Part shown: positions 55,986 through 64,000 of the stretch, in pieces
Numbering within the stretch: position 1 is the stretch's first letter
Layout of the letters: every line of letters starts with the position of its first letter
Assembly (NCBI GenBank): GCA_024653205.1
Contig: JANLFO010000002.1
Span: 15,776-79,775, forward strand
DNA from: Clostridia bacterium
Lineage (GTDB): Bacteria; Bacillota; DSM-521; Neomoorellales; SLTJ01
DNA length: 64,000 nt
Direction of reading: 5' to 3'
Notes under the pieces: model-generated
Database searches by the model: none
Told to the model about the DNA's origin: nothing
Seen by the model: only the letters and a program-made list of their open reading frames with translations
Position numbers and translations under genes: made by a program

Positions 55986-57281
55986 CTGGGCACACAAGCC
56001 ATAAGGATAGGATTGCTCGGTCTGGGCACGGTAGGAAGCGGCGTCGTCAAGCTCCTGCAGGAGAACGGGGAAGACATTGCCACCAAGGTGGGATGCCCGC
56101 TTCGCATTGAGCGCATTCTGGTGCGGGATAAGAATAAACCCCGCCCGGTGGCGGTGGACCCTGCACTGATCACGGACGATCCCGCCGACATCCTGGAAGA
56201 TCCGGCTATCGAAATCGTGGCCGAACTTATCGGCGGCCTGGAGCCGGCCCGGGAATTCATCCTTCGCGCTCTGGAAGCCGGAAAGAACGTGGTAACGGCC
56301 AACAAGGACGTACTGGCCGTGCACGGACAACAGCTGTTGCAGGCGGCAGAAGCCCGGGGGCTCGATTTCTTTTTCGAGGCCAGCGTGGGCGGAGGTATAC
56401 CTATAATCCATCCCCTGAAGGAATTATTGGCCGCCAACCGTATCCGCCAGGTGCTGGGGATCGTCAACGGCACTACCAACTTTATCCTGACCAAGATGAC
56501 GGTGGAGGGCAAGGATTTTGCGGAGGCTCTCGGCGAGGCCCAGGCTATGGGGTACGCCGAGAGCGACCCTTCTGCCGACGTGGAAGGGGCAGATGCCGCC
56601 CGCAAGCTGGCCATACTGGCTTCCATAGCCTTCAACACCCGGGTGACCTATCCGGAGGTATACGCCGAGGGAATTGGCCGGATCTCCGCCCGGGACATCC
56701 TTTACGCCGGCGAGCTGGGCTACGTGATCAAACTCCTGGCCATCGGCCGGGAGGAGGAGCAAGAGGTAGAGGTTCGGGTGCATCCCGCCCTGGTGCCCAA
56801 GGATCATCCCCTGGCTACGGTTTCGGACGTGTTCAACGCCATCTTTATTCGCGGCGACGCCGTGGGAGAAGCCATGTTCTACGGCCGCGGCGCCGGGCAA
56901 ATGCCCACGGCCAGCGCCGTAGTGGGGGACCTGATGCTGGTGGCCAGAAACCTGCTCCACGGGTCCACCGGCCGGATAACCTGCACCTGTTACCGGCAGC
57001 TTCCCGTCCGACCCATGGGCCGGGTGGAGTGCAAGTACTACCTGCGGTTCACGGTGAAAGACCGGCCGGGAGTTTTGGCCCGCATTGCCGGGGCCTTCGG
57101 GGAGGCCGGGGTCAGCCTGGCTTCGGTTATTCAGAAGCGGAGCTTTGAGGGCTGGGCGGAACTGGTGCTCATTACCCACCGGGTTCGGGAAGAGAACCTC
57201 CAGAGGGCCCTCGCCATCATCCGGGATCTGCCGGTGGTCAAGTCGGTGGACAACCTGATCCGCGTGGAGGAGGGAATCTAG
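55986..57281 (+). CDS. hom: Homoserine dehydrogenase
   Basis: [20 protein letters not shown]...VTANKD...[10 protein letters not shown]...NGTTNFILT... plus a C-terminal ACT domain, colinear with B. subtilis Hom from its residue 3. No canonical start near the N-terminus. CTG at 55986 lies 9 nt after GGGAGG (55971-55976). The track start 55653 lies inside ynbB. Confidence 0.9.
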   Translation: MGTQAIRIGLLGLGTVGSGVVKLLQENGEDIATKVGCPLRIERILVRDKNKPRPVAVDPALITDDPADILEDPAIEIVAELIGGLEPAREFILRALEAGKNVVTANKDVLAVHGQQLLQAAEARGLDFFFEASVGGGIPIIHPLKELLAANRIRQVLGIVNGTTNFILTKMTVEGKDFAEALGEAQAMGYAESDPSADVEGADAARKLAILASIAFNTRVTYPEVYAEGIGRISARDILYAGELGYVIKLLAIGREEEQEVEVRVHPALVPKDHPLATVSDVFNAIFIRGDAVGEAMFYGRGAGQMPTASAVVGDLMLVARNLLHGSTGRITCTCYRQLPVRPMGRVECKYYLRFTVKDRPGVLARIAGAFGEAGVSLASVIQKRSFEGWAELVLITHRVREENLQRALAIIRDLPVVKSVDNLIRVEEGI

Positions 57282-57282
57282 T

Positions 57283-58332
57283 TTGAACTGGCCCGGGGTT
57301 TTGGCCGTTTACGGCGAATTCCTACCCCTTACCCCTAATACCCCTCACCTTACCCTTTACGAGGGAGGGACTCCGCTCTTGCCCGCTCCCAAGCTTTCCC
57401 GGGCGGTGGGAGCGCAGGTATACCTCAAGTACGAGGGTCTTAACCCCACCGGGTCGTTCAAGGACCGGGGCATGGTGGTGGCGGTGGCCAAGGCCCTGGA
57501 GGAAGGGGCACGGGCCATAATGTGCGCCTCCACCGGCAACACCTCGGCCTCGGCGGCGGCCTACGCCGCCCGTTCCGGCCTGGCCTGCAGCGTGCTGGTT
57601 CCCGACGGCAACATCGCCCTGGGCAAACTGGCCCAGGCCCTCATCTACGGGGCCAGGGTAATTGCGGTCCGGGGCAACTTCGACGCCGCCCTGCGCCTGG
57701 CGCGGACCATCACCGAGAAGTACCCCATAGTACTGGTCAACTCGGTTAATCCGTATCGCCTCGAGGGGCAGAAGACCGCCGCCTTTGAAATCTGCGATGT
57801 GCTCGGTCGGGCGCCGGAGTACCTGGCCATTCCTGTTGGCAACGCCGGCAATATCAGTGCTTACTGGATGGGTTTCAGGGAATACCAAGAACGCGGCCGC
57901 GTGGCCTCCCGCCCCCGGATGCTGGGCTTTCAGGCGGCCGGAGCCGCCCCCATTGTCCTGGGCCGGCCGGTAGAGAACCCGGAAACGGTGGCCACGGCCA
58001 TTCGCATCGGGAACCCGGCAAGTTGGGACAAGGCGGTTCGCGCCTATCAGGAGTCCGGCGGCCTGATCGAAACCGTGACCGACGAGGAGATCCTGGCCGC
58101 CCAGAAGCGACTGGCCTCCGAGGAGGGGGTTTTTGCCGAGCCGGCCTCGGCGGCGTCCGTGGCCGGGGTGCTGAAGCTGGGGCAGAGGGGGTTCTTCCGA
58201 CCGGAGGAGGCAGTGGTCTGCGTGCTTACCGGTCACGGGCTCAAGGACCCCCAGGTAGCCATAGCCCAGGCTGCCGAGCCCATACGGGTACCGGCGGAGG
58301 AAAAGGCGGTGGCCGAGGCGGTGCTTTCGTAA
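57283..58332 (+). CDS. thrC: Threonine synthase
   Basis: LYEGGTPLL...[11 protein letters not shown] (PLP lysine)...GNAGN. Confidence 0.92.
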   Translation: MNWPGVLAVYGEFLPLTPNTPHLTLYEGGTPLLPAPKLSRAVGAQVYLKYEGLNPTGSFKDRGMVVAVAKALEEGARAIMCASTGNTSASAAAYAARSGLACSVLVPDGNIALGKLAQALIYGARVIAVRGNFDAALRLARTITEKYPIVLVNSVNPYRLEGQKTAAFEICDVLGRAPEYLAIPVGNAGNISAYWMGFREYQERGRVASRPRMLGFQAAGAAPIVLGRPVENPETVATAIRIGNPASWDKAVRAYQESGGLIETVTDEEILAAQKRLASEEGVFAEPASAASVAGVLKLGQRGFFRPEEAVVCVLTGHGLKDPQVAIAQAAEPIRVPAEEKAVAEAVLS

Positions 58333-58369
58333 GCCCCGGGGTGGCCGGTGCAGAACGGAGGCTATAGTC

Positions 58370-59347
58370 TTGATTATCAGGGTAAGCGTCCCTGCCAGTA
58401 CCGCTAATCTGGGACCGGGGTTTGATAGTGTCGGGATGGCGCTCTCGCTGTATAATTATCTAGAAGTAGAGGAGCGGGAGGAGCCGGGACTATATGTAGA
58501 GGTTGAGGGTGAGGGGAAGGGCATTCTTCCCTGTCACCGGGAAAACCTGGTGGCAAAGGTAATGCTGGATTTCTTTCAAGAGGTAGGGTACCACCCTTCC
58601 GGGCTCAGTTTGCGCCTGCAGAACAATATCCCCATCGGTAAAGGGCTGGGTTCCTCGGCGGCGGCGGTGGCCGCAGCCCTGGTCGCGGCCAACCGCATGG
58701 CGGGGAGCCCGCTGGGAAGACCGGAACTCTTGGAACTGGGGACCCGCTGGGAGGGACATCCCGATAACGTGGCCGCCGCCCTGTACGGCGGGGTAGTGGT
58801 AACGGTGTGCCATCAGGGCGGAGTAGTGTGCCGTCGCCTGGACCCGCCGCAGCGGCTTCAGGTGGTGGTAGCCGTTCCCGATTTCTCCTTGCCCACTTCC
58901 CGGTCCCGGCGGGTACTCCCGGAGGTGGTTCCGGTAAAGGACGCCATTTTCAATTTGGGCCGGATGGGTCTGCTGGTACTGGCCCTGCTCCGGGGAGATC
59001 TGGAGCTGCTGCCGGTGGCCACGGAGGACCGCCTGCACCAGCCCTACCGGGCCACGCTGATTCCCGGACTGGATGAGATATTCCGCGCCGCCCGCGAGGC
59101 GGGAGCCCTGGGCGTGGCCCTCAGCGGCTCGGGGCCGGCGGTGATCGCTCTGACCACCGCCGGTGCGGTGGGCGTGGGTGAGGCCATGCGCGACGCCTTC
59201 GGCGCCCATAACGTGGAGAGCCAGATTTGGATTCTGGCCCCCACTGGGGAAGGGGCGCAGGTGGCCGCGCCGGAAGACGGAAACCCTCAGTCCGGAAACC
59301 TTTCTTCCTGCGAACCGGATTGTGCGCGGGCGGGCGCCGATCAATAA
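58370..59347 (+). CDS. thrB: Homoserine kinase
   Basis: VPASTANLGPGFDS...IPIGKGLGSSAAA is a GHMP motif. Confidence 0.9.
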   Translation: MIIRVSVPASTANLGPGFDSVGMALSLYNYLEVEEREEPGLYVEVEGEGKGILPCHRENLVAKVMLDFFQEVGYHPSGLSLRLQNNIPIGKGLGSSAAAVAAALVAANRMAGSPLGRPELLELGTRWEGHPDNVAAALYGGVVVTVCHQGGVVCRRLDPPQRLQVVVAVPDFSLPTSRSRRVLPEVVPVKDAIFNLGRMGLLVLALLRGDLELLPVATEDRLHQPYRATLIPGLDEIFRAAREAGALGVALSGSGPAVIALTTAGAVGVGEAMRDAFGAHNVESQIWILAPTGEGAQVAAPEDGNPQSGNLSSCEPDCARAGADQ

Positions 59348-59370
59348 ACCGGGTTGAAGGAGTGGCGGAA

Positions 59371-60588
59371 GTGAGCCTGATAGTCCAAAAGTACGGGGGT
59401 ACCTCGGTGGCCAACGCGGAGCGAATCAAGAATGTGGCCGCCCGCGTGGCCGAGTATTACCGGCAGGGGCATCAGATGGTGGTGGTGGTTTCCGCACGGG
59501 GCGACACCACCGACGAATTGATCGCCCTGGCCAGGGAGATAACCCCCCGCCCGCCGGAGCGAGAACTGGATATGCTCCTGGCGACGGGAGAGCAGCAGTC
59601 TATTGCCTTTGTGGCCATGGCTATTCGGGAACTGGGGCTGCCGGTCATATCCCTTACCGGACCGCAGGTGGGTATCCTGACCGATAACGCCCATACCAAG
59701 GCCCGCATTCTGAACGTCAGCTCGGAGAGGCTAAACGCCGAACTGGCCAAGGGGCAAATCGTGATCGTCGCCGGCTTTCAGGGCGTGACCATTGACAACG
59801 AGATCACCACTCTCGGCCGCGGAGGGTCGGATACGACCGCGGTGGCGGTGGCCGCAGCCCTCAAGGCCGACCTGTGCGAGATCTATACGGACGTGGACGG
59901 AGTTTACACGGCCGACCCCCGGGTAGTGCCGGAGGCACGCAAGCTGCCGGTGGTTTCCTACGACGAGATGCTGGAGATGGCCAGCCTGGGCGCCCAGGTA
60001 CTGCAGCCCCGGGCGGTGGAGTTCGCCAAGCAGTACGGAGTAAGACTGCACGTGCGCTCCAGTTTCAACTATAACCAGGGGACTATGGTTCAGGAGGTAG
60101 GCTCCATGGAGAGGGAAATAGTAGTGACCGGGGTGGCGCACGACCGTAACGTGGCCAAGATAGGAATCTTCGGAGTCCCGGATCGGCCGGGCATCGCCTC
60201 CCGGCTGTTCTCGGCTCTGGCCGCAGAGCGGGTCAACGTGGACATGATCGTGCAGAGCGCCATGCGCGACCAGCGCAACGACATCTCCTTTACGGTGGGC
60301 AAGGACGATCTGGCCAGGGCCGTAGAAGTGGTTGCCCGGGTAAAGGAGGAAATAGGAGCTGAGGGTTACGTATACGATGACGGGGTGGCCAAGGTTTCCA
60401 TCGTGGGCGCGGGCATGATCACCAACCCCGGGGTGGCGGCGCAGATGTTCGAGACTCTGGCGGAGGAAGGCATTAACATTGAGATGATCAGTACTTCCGA
60501 AATCAAGGTGTCCTGCGTCATCCGCGCCGGAGAAACGGAAAAGGCGGTACGGGCGCTGCACCGCAGGTTCCGCCTGGCTCAGGGCTAG
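59371..60588 (+). CDS. lysC: Aspartate kinase (with ACT domains)
   Basis: VQKYGGTSVA...VVVSARGDTTD...GRGGSDTTAVA... and two ACT repeats. GTG at 59371 after GAAGGAGTGG. The 23-nt gap after thrB leaves no room for an L-box. Confidence 0.92.
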   Translation: MSLIVQKYGGTSVANAERIKNVAARVAEYYRQGHQMVVVVSARGDTTDELIALAREITPRPPERELDMLLATGEQQSIAFVAMAIRELGLPVISLTGPQVGILTDNAHTKARILNVSSERLNAELAKGQIVIVAGFQGVTIDNEITTLGRGGSDTTAVAVAAALKADLCEIYTDVDGVYTADPRVVPEARKLPVVSYDEMLEMASLGAQVLQPRAVEFAKQYGVRLHVRSSFNYNQGTMVQEVGSMEREIVVTGVAHDRNVAKIGIFGVPDRPGIASRLFSALAAERVNVDMIVQSAMRDQRNDISFTVGKDDLARAVEVVARVKEEIGAEGYVYDDGVAKVSIVGAGMITNPGVAAQMFETLAEEGINIEMISTSEIKVSCVIRAGETEKAVRALHRRFRLAQG

Positions 60589-60614
60589 GCCTGGGGCTCC
60601 AAAGGCAAAACGAA

Positions 60615-60691
<77 letters not shown>

Positions 60692-60700
60692 ACCGCGTCT

Positions 60701-60729
60701 ATTGTACCCTATTGATCTCGCCTCGTCAA
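60701..60729 (-). promoter_or_regulatory. Sigma-A-type promoter of tRNA-Pro
   Basis: On the minus strand: TTGACG (complement of 60724-60729), 17-nt spacer, TACAAT (complement of 60701-60706). Lies 9 nt upstream of the mature 5' end. Confidence 0.6.
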
Positions 60730-60744
60730 GCGCCGGTCAGCCTG

Positions 60745-61014
60745 ACGTATCCCCACTTTCGAGTTAACTTGAGTTGACTGGCGGTACCGGGTGCTCGCCT
60801 GAGTACATTGGCAACTCGCCGGGAACCGAACTTGGCGAGGACGAGCGCGGAGGCGGGCCGGAGGCCACGGACGGCCGAAGCCGAGGAGCGCCATGGACGG
60901 CGCTTCCGAGGGGAGCCCGCCGTAGCGCGAAGGCTGAGCCCTAGTTTGGTCGGCGAGGTGACAGTACGAACGGGGAGCACCCGGTACCGCCCGTGGGAAA
61001 GTGGGGATAACTCA
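60745..61014 (+). mobile_element. Long-hairpin repeat element, copy C, with TIRs and a flanking direct repeat (MITE-like, no ORF)
   Basis: TIR TATCCCCACTTTC (60748-60760) / GAAAGTGGGGATA (60997-61009). 17-bp perfect inner stem 60780-60796 / 60975-60991. Flanked by GCCGGTCAGCCTG at 60732-60744 and 61015-61027. Confidence 0.7.
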
Positions 61015-61027
61015 GCCGGTCAGCCTG

Positions 61028-61230
61028 GGTGGTCCCCGGTTTCGGGCCGACAAGCGGTGCGGAGGAGCTTCCCTGAGTACGTTGGCACCTTGCCAGGTGC
61101 CGAACTTGGCGAGAAGTGGCTATGGACGGGTTCTTCATCGGGGAGTCTGTCGGAACCCGCAGTTCAACTGCAGTACGGTCGGCGACGGACGCGAGCGGTA
61201 GCAGGTGCAGGCGGGCCATTGCGGGAAGGT
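61028..61230 (+). repeat. Long-hairpin repeat element, copy D (degenerate)
   Basis: TCCCCGGTTTCGGG (61033-61046) is a left-end-like motif. CTGAGTACGTTGGCACC (61073-61089), GAACTTGGCGAG and ATGGACGGGTTCTT are shared with copies B and C. The middle of the core is deleted. Confidence 0.55.
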
Positions 61231-61278
61231 AGATGGCTCGGGCGGCAAGGGTTATCAGGGGAGAAAGGGTGAATCCAA

Positions 61279-62892
61279 ATGGCAACACTGAGCTTCTTCG
61301 GCGCGGCCAGGACGGTCACCGGAGCCTGTTTCTTGCTGGAGACGCGCACCAGCAAAGTACTGCTAGACTGCGGTCTGTTTCAGGGGCCCAGGGCAGTAAG
61401 GGAGCGCAACTATCAGCCGTTTCCGTTCAACCCCGCCTCGATCGATTTCCTGCTTCTCACTCACGCCCACATCGACCACAGCGGCCTCATTCCCAAGCTC
61501 TACCGTCACGGCTTCAGGGGAAAAATCCTCGCCACCGCACCCACCTGTGATCTCTGTGAGGCGCTGCTGCCGGACAGCGCCCACGTCCAGGAAATGGAGG
61601 TGGAACGCAAGAACCGGAAGCTGCAGCGGGCGGGCCGCCCCTTAATTCAGGCCATTTACACCTCCGAGGAGGCCTATCACTGTCTGCGTCTCTTCCAGCC
61701 CGTAGAATACCGGCGGGTACTCGGCCTCACTCCGGAAGTAAAGGCCTGCTTCTACGAAGCCGGCCACATCCTGGGTTCTGCCAGCATCAAGCTTTGGGTA
61801 AGGGACGGGGACGAAGAGGCTACGCTTTTGTTTTCCGGGGATCTGGGGCGGGTGGACCAGCCGCTGGTAAACGATCCCCACCCCCCGGAGGGTGCGGATT
61901 TCGTGATAATGGAATCGACCTACGGCAACCGGCTGCACCCTCCGGGCGGCGACGGCCTGGGGCGCCTGGCGCAGATTATTGCCGAGACCCACCGTCGAGG
62001 CGGAAACGTGCTCATCCCCGCTTTCGCCGTCGAGCGCACGCAGGACGTGCTTTATGCTCTGGGCCGGCTTCTGGATTCGGGGGCTTTGGACCCGGGGCGG
62101 GTATACCTGGACAGCCCTCTGGCGGTGGCAGCTACGGAGATTTTCTGCCGCTACCTTGCCCAGCTGGATGAGGAAACCCAGATCATGGCCGTGGAACGGG
62201 GAGGAACCTGTCCCTTCCTGCTGCCGGGAATGAAGCTGTGCCGTACCTCCGATGAATCCCGGGCCATCAACCAGGTTTCCCAAGGAGCGGTCATCATCGC
62301 CGCCAGCGGCATGTGCGACGCCGGCCGGATAAAGCATCACCTGAAACATAATCTCTGGCGGCCGGAATGCACCGTGGTCCTGGTCGGCTATCAGGCGGAG
62401 GGAACCCTCGGCCGGCGACTGGCAGAAGGGGAGAAGGAGGTAACCATTCACGGAGAGCCGGTGGCGGTGCGGGCGCGCATTGAGAAGCTGGATGATTTTT
62501 CCGCCCACGCCGATCAGAACGGATTGGTTTCCTGGGTGGCCGGCCAGCGCCGGCGTCCCCGTTTGGTCTTTCTGACCCACGGAGAAGAGGAGGCCCTGAA
62601 CACCCTGGCGGCAAGGCTGGAGGAGGAACTGGGGCTTTCGACGGCCATACCCGACTGGAAAGAGCAGGTGCAACTGTCCCCGGAGGACGCCGGCGGGGCG
62701 AGGGAAACGGAAGTGATGGCCGCAGGAGAGCAGCCGGCCGAAGTTGGCTCCAACCTTCAGGAATTCCAGGCAGAACTCAATCGCTTTAAAGGCGCCCTTG
62801 AACGGTGGCAGCGGGAGGAAGTGCGGGCCGGACGCTACCAGGCCGCCCTGGCCCGGCTCCGGAGGTGGCAGGACGAGCTACGGAATGCATAG
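61279..62892 (+). CDS. MBL-fold beta-CASP family hydrolase (CPSF73/Ysh1-like RNA-metabolising nuclease)
   Basis: FLLETRTSKVLLDCG...LLLTHAHIDHSG...ESTYGNR...FSAHAD, with a roughly 80-aa coiled-coil-like C-terminal tail. Confidence 0.85.
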   Translation: MATLSFFGAARTVTGACFLLETRTSKVLLDCGLFQGPRAVRERNYQPFPFNPASIDFLLLTHAHIDHSGLIPKLYRHGFRGKILATAPTCDLCEALLPDSAHVQEMEVERKNRKLQRAGRPLIQAIYTSEEAYHCLRLFQPVEYRRVLGLTPEVKACFYEAGHILGSASIKLWVRDGDEEATLLFSGDLGRVDQPLVNDPHPPEGADFVIMESTYGNRLHPPGGDGLGRLAQIIAETHRRGGNVLIPAFAVERTQDVLYALGRLLDSGALDPGRVYLDSPLAVAATEIFCRYLAQLDEETQIMAVERGGTCPFLLPGMKLCRTSDESRAINQVSQGAVIIAASGMCDAGRIKHHLKHNLWRPECTVVLVGYQAEGTLGRRLAEGEKEVTIHGEPVAVRARIEKLDDFSAHADQNGLVSWVAGQRRRPRLVFLTHGEEEALNTLAARLEEELGLSTAIPDWKEQVQLSPEDAGGARETEVMAAGEQPAEVGSNLQEFQAELNRFKGALERWQREEVRAGRYQAALARLRRWQDELRNA

Positions 62893-62922
62893 CCCTTCTC
62901 CTTCCAGGTTAGGTTATTATTG

Positions 62923-62950
62923 GCCGGTCCTGCGGGACCGGCTTTTGGTT
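62923..62950 (+). terminator. Intrinsic terminator after the beta-CASP gene
   Basis: GCCGGTCC (62923-30), loop TGCG, GGACCGGC (62935-42), then TTTTGGTT. Confidence 0.8.
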
Positions 62951-62969
62951 GGAGGACGGAGGATTACGG

Positions 62970-64000
62970 ATGGCCGTGCCCGTGATGTACGTGGTACGTT
63001 CCTGCCGGGGCGGTATGCTGCAGCACCTGCTTCACCTGCTGCAGTACCTGGATCGCAGCCACTTCCGGCCGCTGGTAGCCGGGACCCCCGAAGAGGCCCT
63101 GGTGGCGGCCCTCCGGGACCTGGACGCGGATTTTCGCCCGCTGCCCGTGGGTCAGGGGTGGCACCCTATCGGCCGCCGGCGGCTACAGCGGGAGTTGGAG
63201 GGCCTGTTGCGGGCCGAAGGCGTCAGGCTGGTGCATACCCACGGCGTGCTGGCGGGTCTGGTGGCGCGGTACCCCGCCTACCGGGCCGGGGTACGGGTGC
63301 TGGTTACGTGCCACAACCTGATCTACACCCGGCCGGGCTGGCCGTGGCGCAAGCGTCTCCTGGCGCGCTGGCAACGGCGTCTGGTTCCCTACACCGATCG
63401 CTTCATCGCCGTCTGCCGGGCCCTGGCCGAGGAACTCCGGCGCTTTGAAGGCGTGCCACCGGAGAAGATCGCGGTAATTCCTAACGGCGTAGACCTGGAG
63501 CGCCTGGATGCGGTGCTGGCGCGGGGCAGGAGCCTGCCCCCGCCGTTCGACCGGGGGCCGGTAGTGGGCACTTTTTGCCGGCTCATCCCGGAGAAAGGGC
63601 CGGACCTGTTCTTGAAGGCCGCCGCCGTGATAGCCCGGCAGGTACCGGAAAGCCGCTTCGTCATAGCAGGGGACGGGCCGTGGCGGCCACACCTCGAGGC
63701 GCTCGCCCGCGGGTTGGGGCTGGGCGGGCGCGTGGGCTTCCTCGGCTGGGTGGAGGAGGCGGCGGGCCTTCTGCCCCGGCTGGCAGTATACGTTCAGGCC
63801 TCCCGCCAGGAGGGGCTCTCCCTGGCGGTGCTGGAGGCCATGGCCGCCCGGCGGCCGGTGGTGGCCTTTCGCACCGGCGGTTTGGCAGAGGTCATCCGTC
63901 CGCACCGAAACGGTCTGCTGGTACCGGCGCAGTCCTGGCCGGAATTGGCCCAGGCGGTAACGGCCTTGCTGCGCGATCGCGGGCTGGCCGATCGCCTGGC
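62970..64000 (+). CDS. Glycosyltransferase family 4 (GT-B, group 1); 3' end beyond the window
   Basis: Not in the track (no stop in the window). Manual translation from ATG 62970 (after GGAGGA): MAVPVMYVVRSCRGGMLQHL...THGVLAGL...FCRLIPEKGPDLFL...FVIAGDGP...ASRQEGLSLAVLEAMAARRPVVAFRTGGLAEVI. Confidence 0.8.
   Translation, partial: MAVPVMYVVRSCRGGMLQHLLHLLQYLDRSHFRPLVAGTPEEALVAALRDLDADFRPLPVGQGWHPIGRRRLQRELEGLLRAEGVRLVHTHGVLAGLVARYPAYRAGVRVLVTCHNLIYTRPGWPWRKRLLARWQRRLVPYTDRFIAVCRALAEELRRFEGVPPEKIAVIPNGVDLERLDAVLARGRSLPPPFDRGPVVGTFCRLIPEKGPDLFLKAAAVIARQVPESRFVIAGDGPWRPHLEALARGLGLGGRVGFLGWVEEAAGLLPRLAVYVQASRQEGLSLAVLEAMAARRPVVAFRTGGLAEVIRPHRNGLLVPAQSWPELAQAVTALLRDRGLADRL

Noticed and set aside
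55939-59370. T-box, L-box or other leader regulation of the hom-thrC-thrB-aspartokinase genes.
   Set aside because: The intergenic gaps are 47, 1, 37 and 23 nt. That is too short for any riboswitch or T-box, so the genes appear to be simply co-transcribed.
60748-60760. Resemblance of TTATCCCC / TATCCCCAC termini to a DnaA box (TTATCCACA).
   Set aside because: There are mismatches at the discriminating positions. The locus has no dnaA/dnaN or AT-rich unwinding-element context, and its gene content is not origin-like.
60890-60924. Tiny ORF starting at the conserved CCATGGACGG block of the repeats: MDGASEGSPP in copy C, MDGFLRGKPAEARRSNPSLVG in copy B, MDGFFIGES... in copy D.
   Set aside because: Only the first three or four codons are shared. 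Lengths and sequences diverge immediately. Copy A has no ATG there (ACGGTC), and the SD is poor or absent. It is treated as a conserved nucleic-acid motif in a hairpin loop.

Overview
GC-rich chromosomal core segment from a spore-forming Firmicute (Clostridia-like). Gene order parallels the Bacillus subtilis spoIIIE-recA-rny-ymdB-spoVS-miaB-mutSL-miaA-hfq-spoVK-ynbB-hom/thrCB region. I call about 60 protein genes and one tRNA-Pro(GGG).

Main blocks, left to right:
- A minus-strand xanthine-dehydrogenase-family molybdenum hydroxylase operon with YqeB and YqeC-MocA selenium/MCD maturation markers.
- A divergent acyl-CoA ligase / ThDP-enzyme pair.
- A lower-GC mscS plus opuA (glycine betaine) block.
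- ylzJ-tepA, uppP, ftsK, rodZ, rimO.
- An FtsH-paralog / metallophosphoesterase / ThpR block, then recA-recX-rny-ymdB-spoVS.
- A cobamide nucleotide-loop cluster (cobU-like, cbiB, cobS, pduX, cobD, cobC).
- guaB, miaB-mutS-mutL-miaA-hfq, a NitT/TauT-type ABC transporter, spoVK, ynbB, hom-thrC-thrB-aspartokinase, a beta-CASP RNase-like protein, and a glycosyltransferase cut by the right edge.

No CRISPR array, IS transposase, prophage or recognisable defence system is present.

The most unusual signal is non-coding. A family of 180-270 nt long-hairpin repeat elements occurs as tandem pairs at two loci (25.9-26.4 kb upstream of recA; 60.7-61.2 kb next to tRNA-Pro). Between copies the stems show compensatory changes. 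One copy has 13-bp terminal inverted repeats and a 13-bp flanking direct repeat. Solo copies of the terminal motif (GGTTATCCCC / GGGGATAAC) lie in other intergenic spacers. I could not assign the family to any RNA class or IS I know.

Secondary observations:
- rny and hom have conserved N-termini with no canonical start codon; an SD sits in front of ATC and CTG respectively.
- The CobU homolog lacks the P-loop Lys/Ser and the catalytic His region.
- An Elp3-type CX4CX2C radical SAM protein of unknown function is present.

Many long ORFs in the track are antisense artefacts of the high GC content and were rejected.
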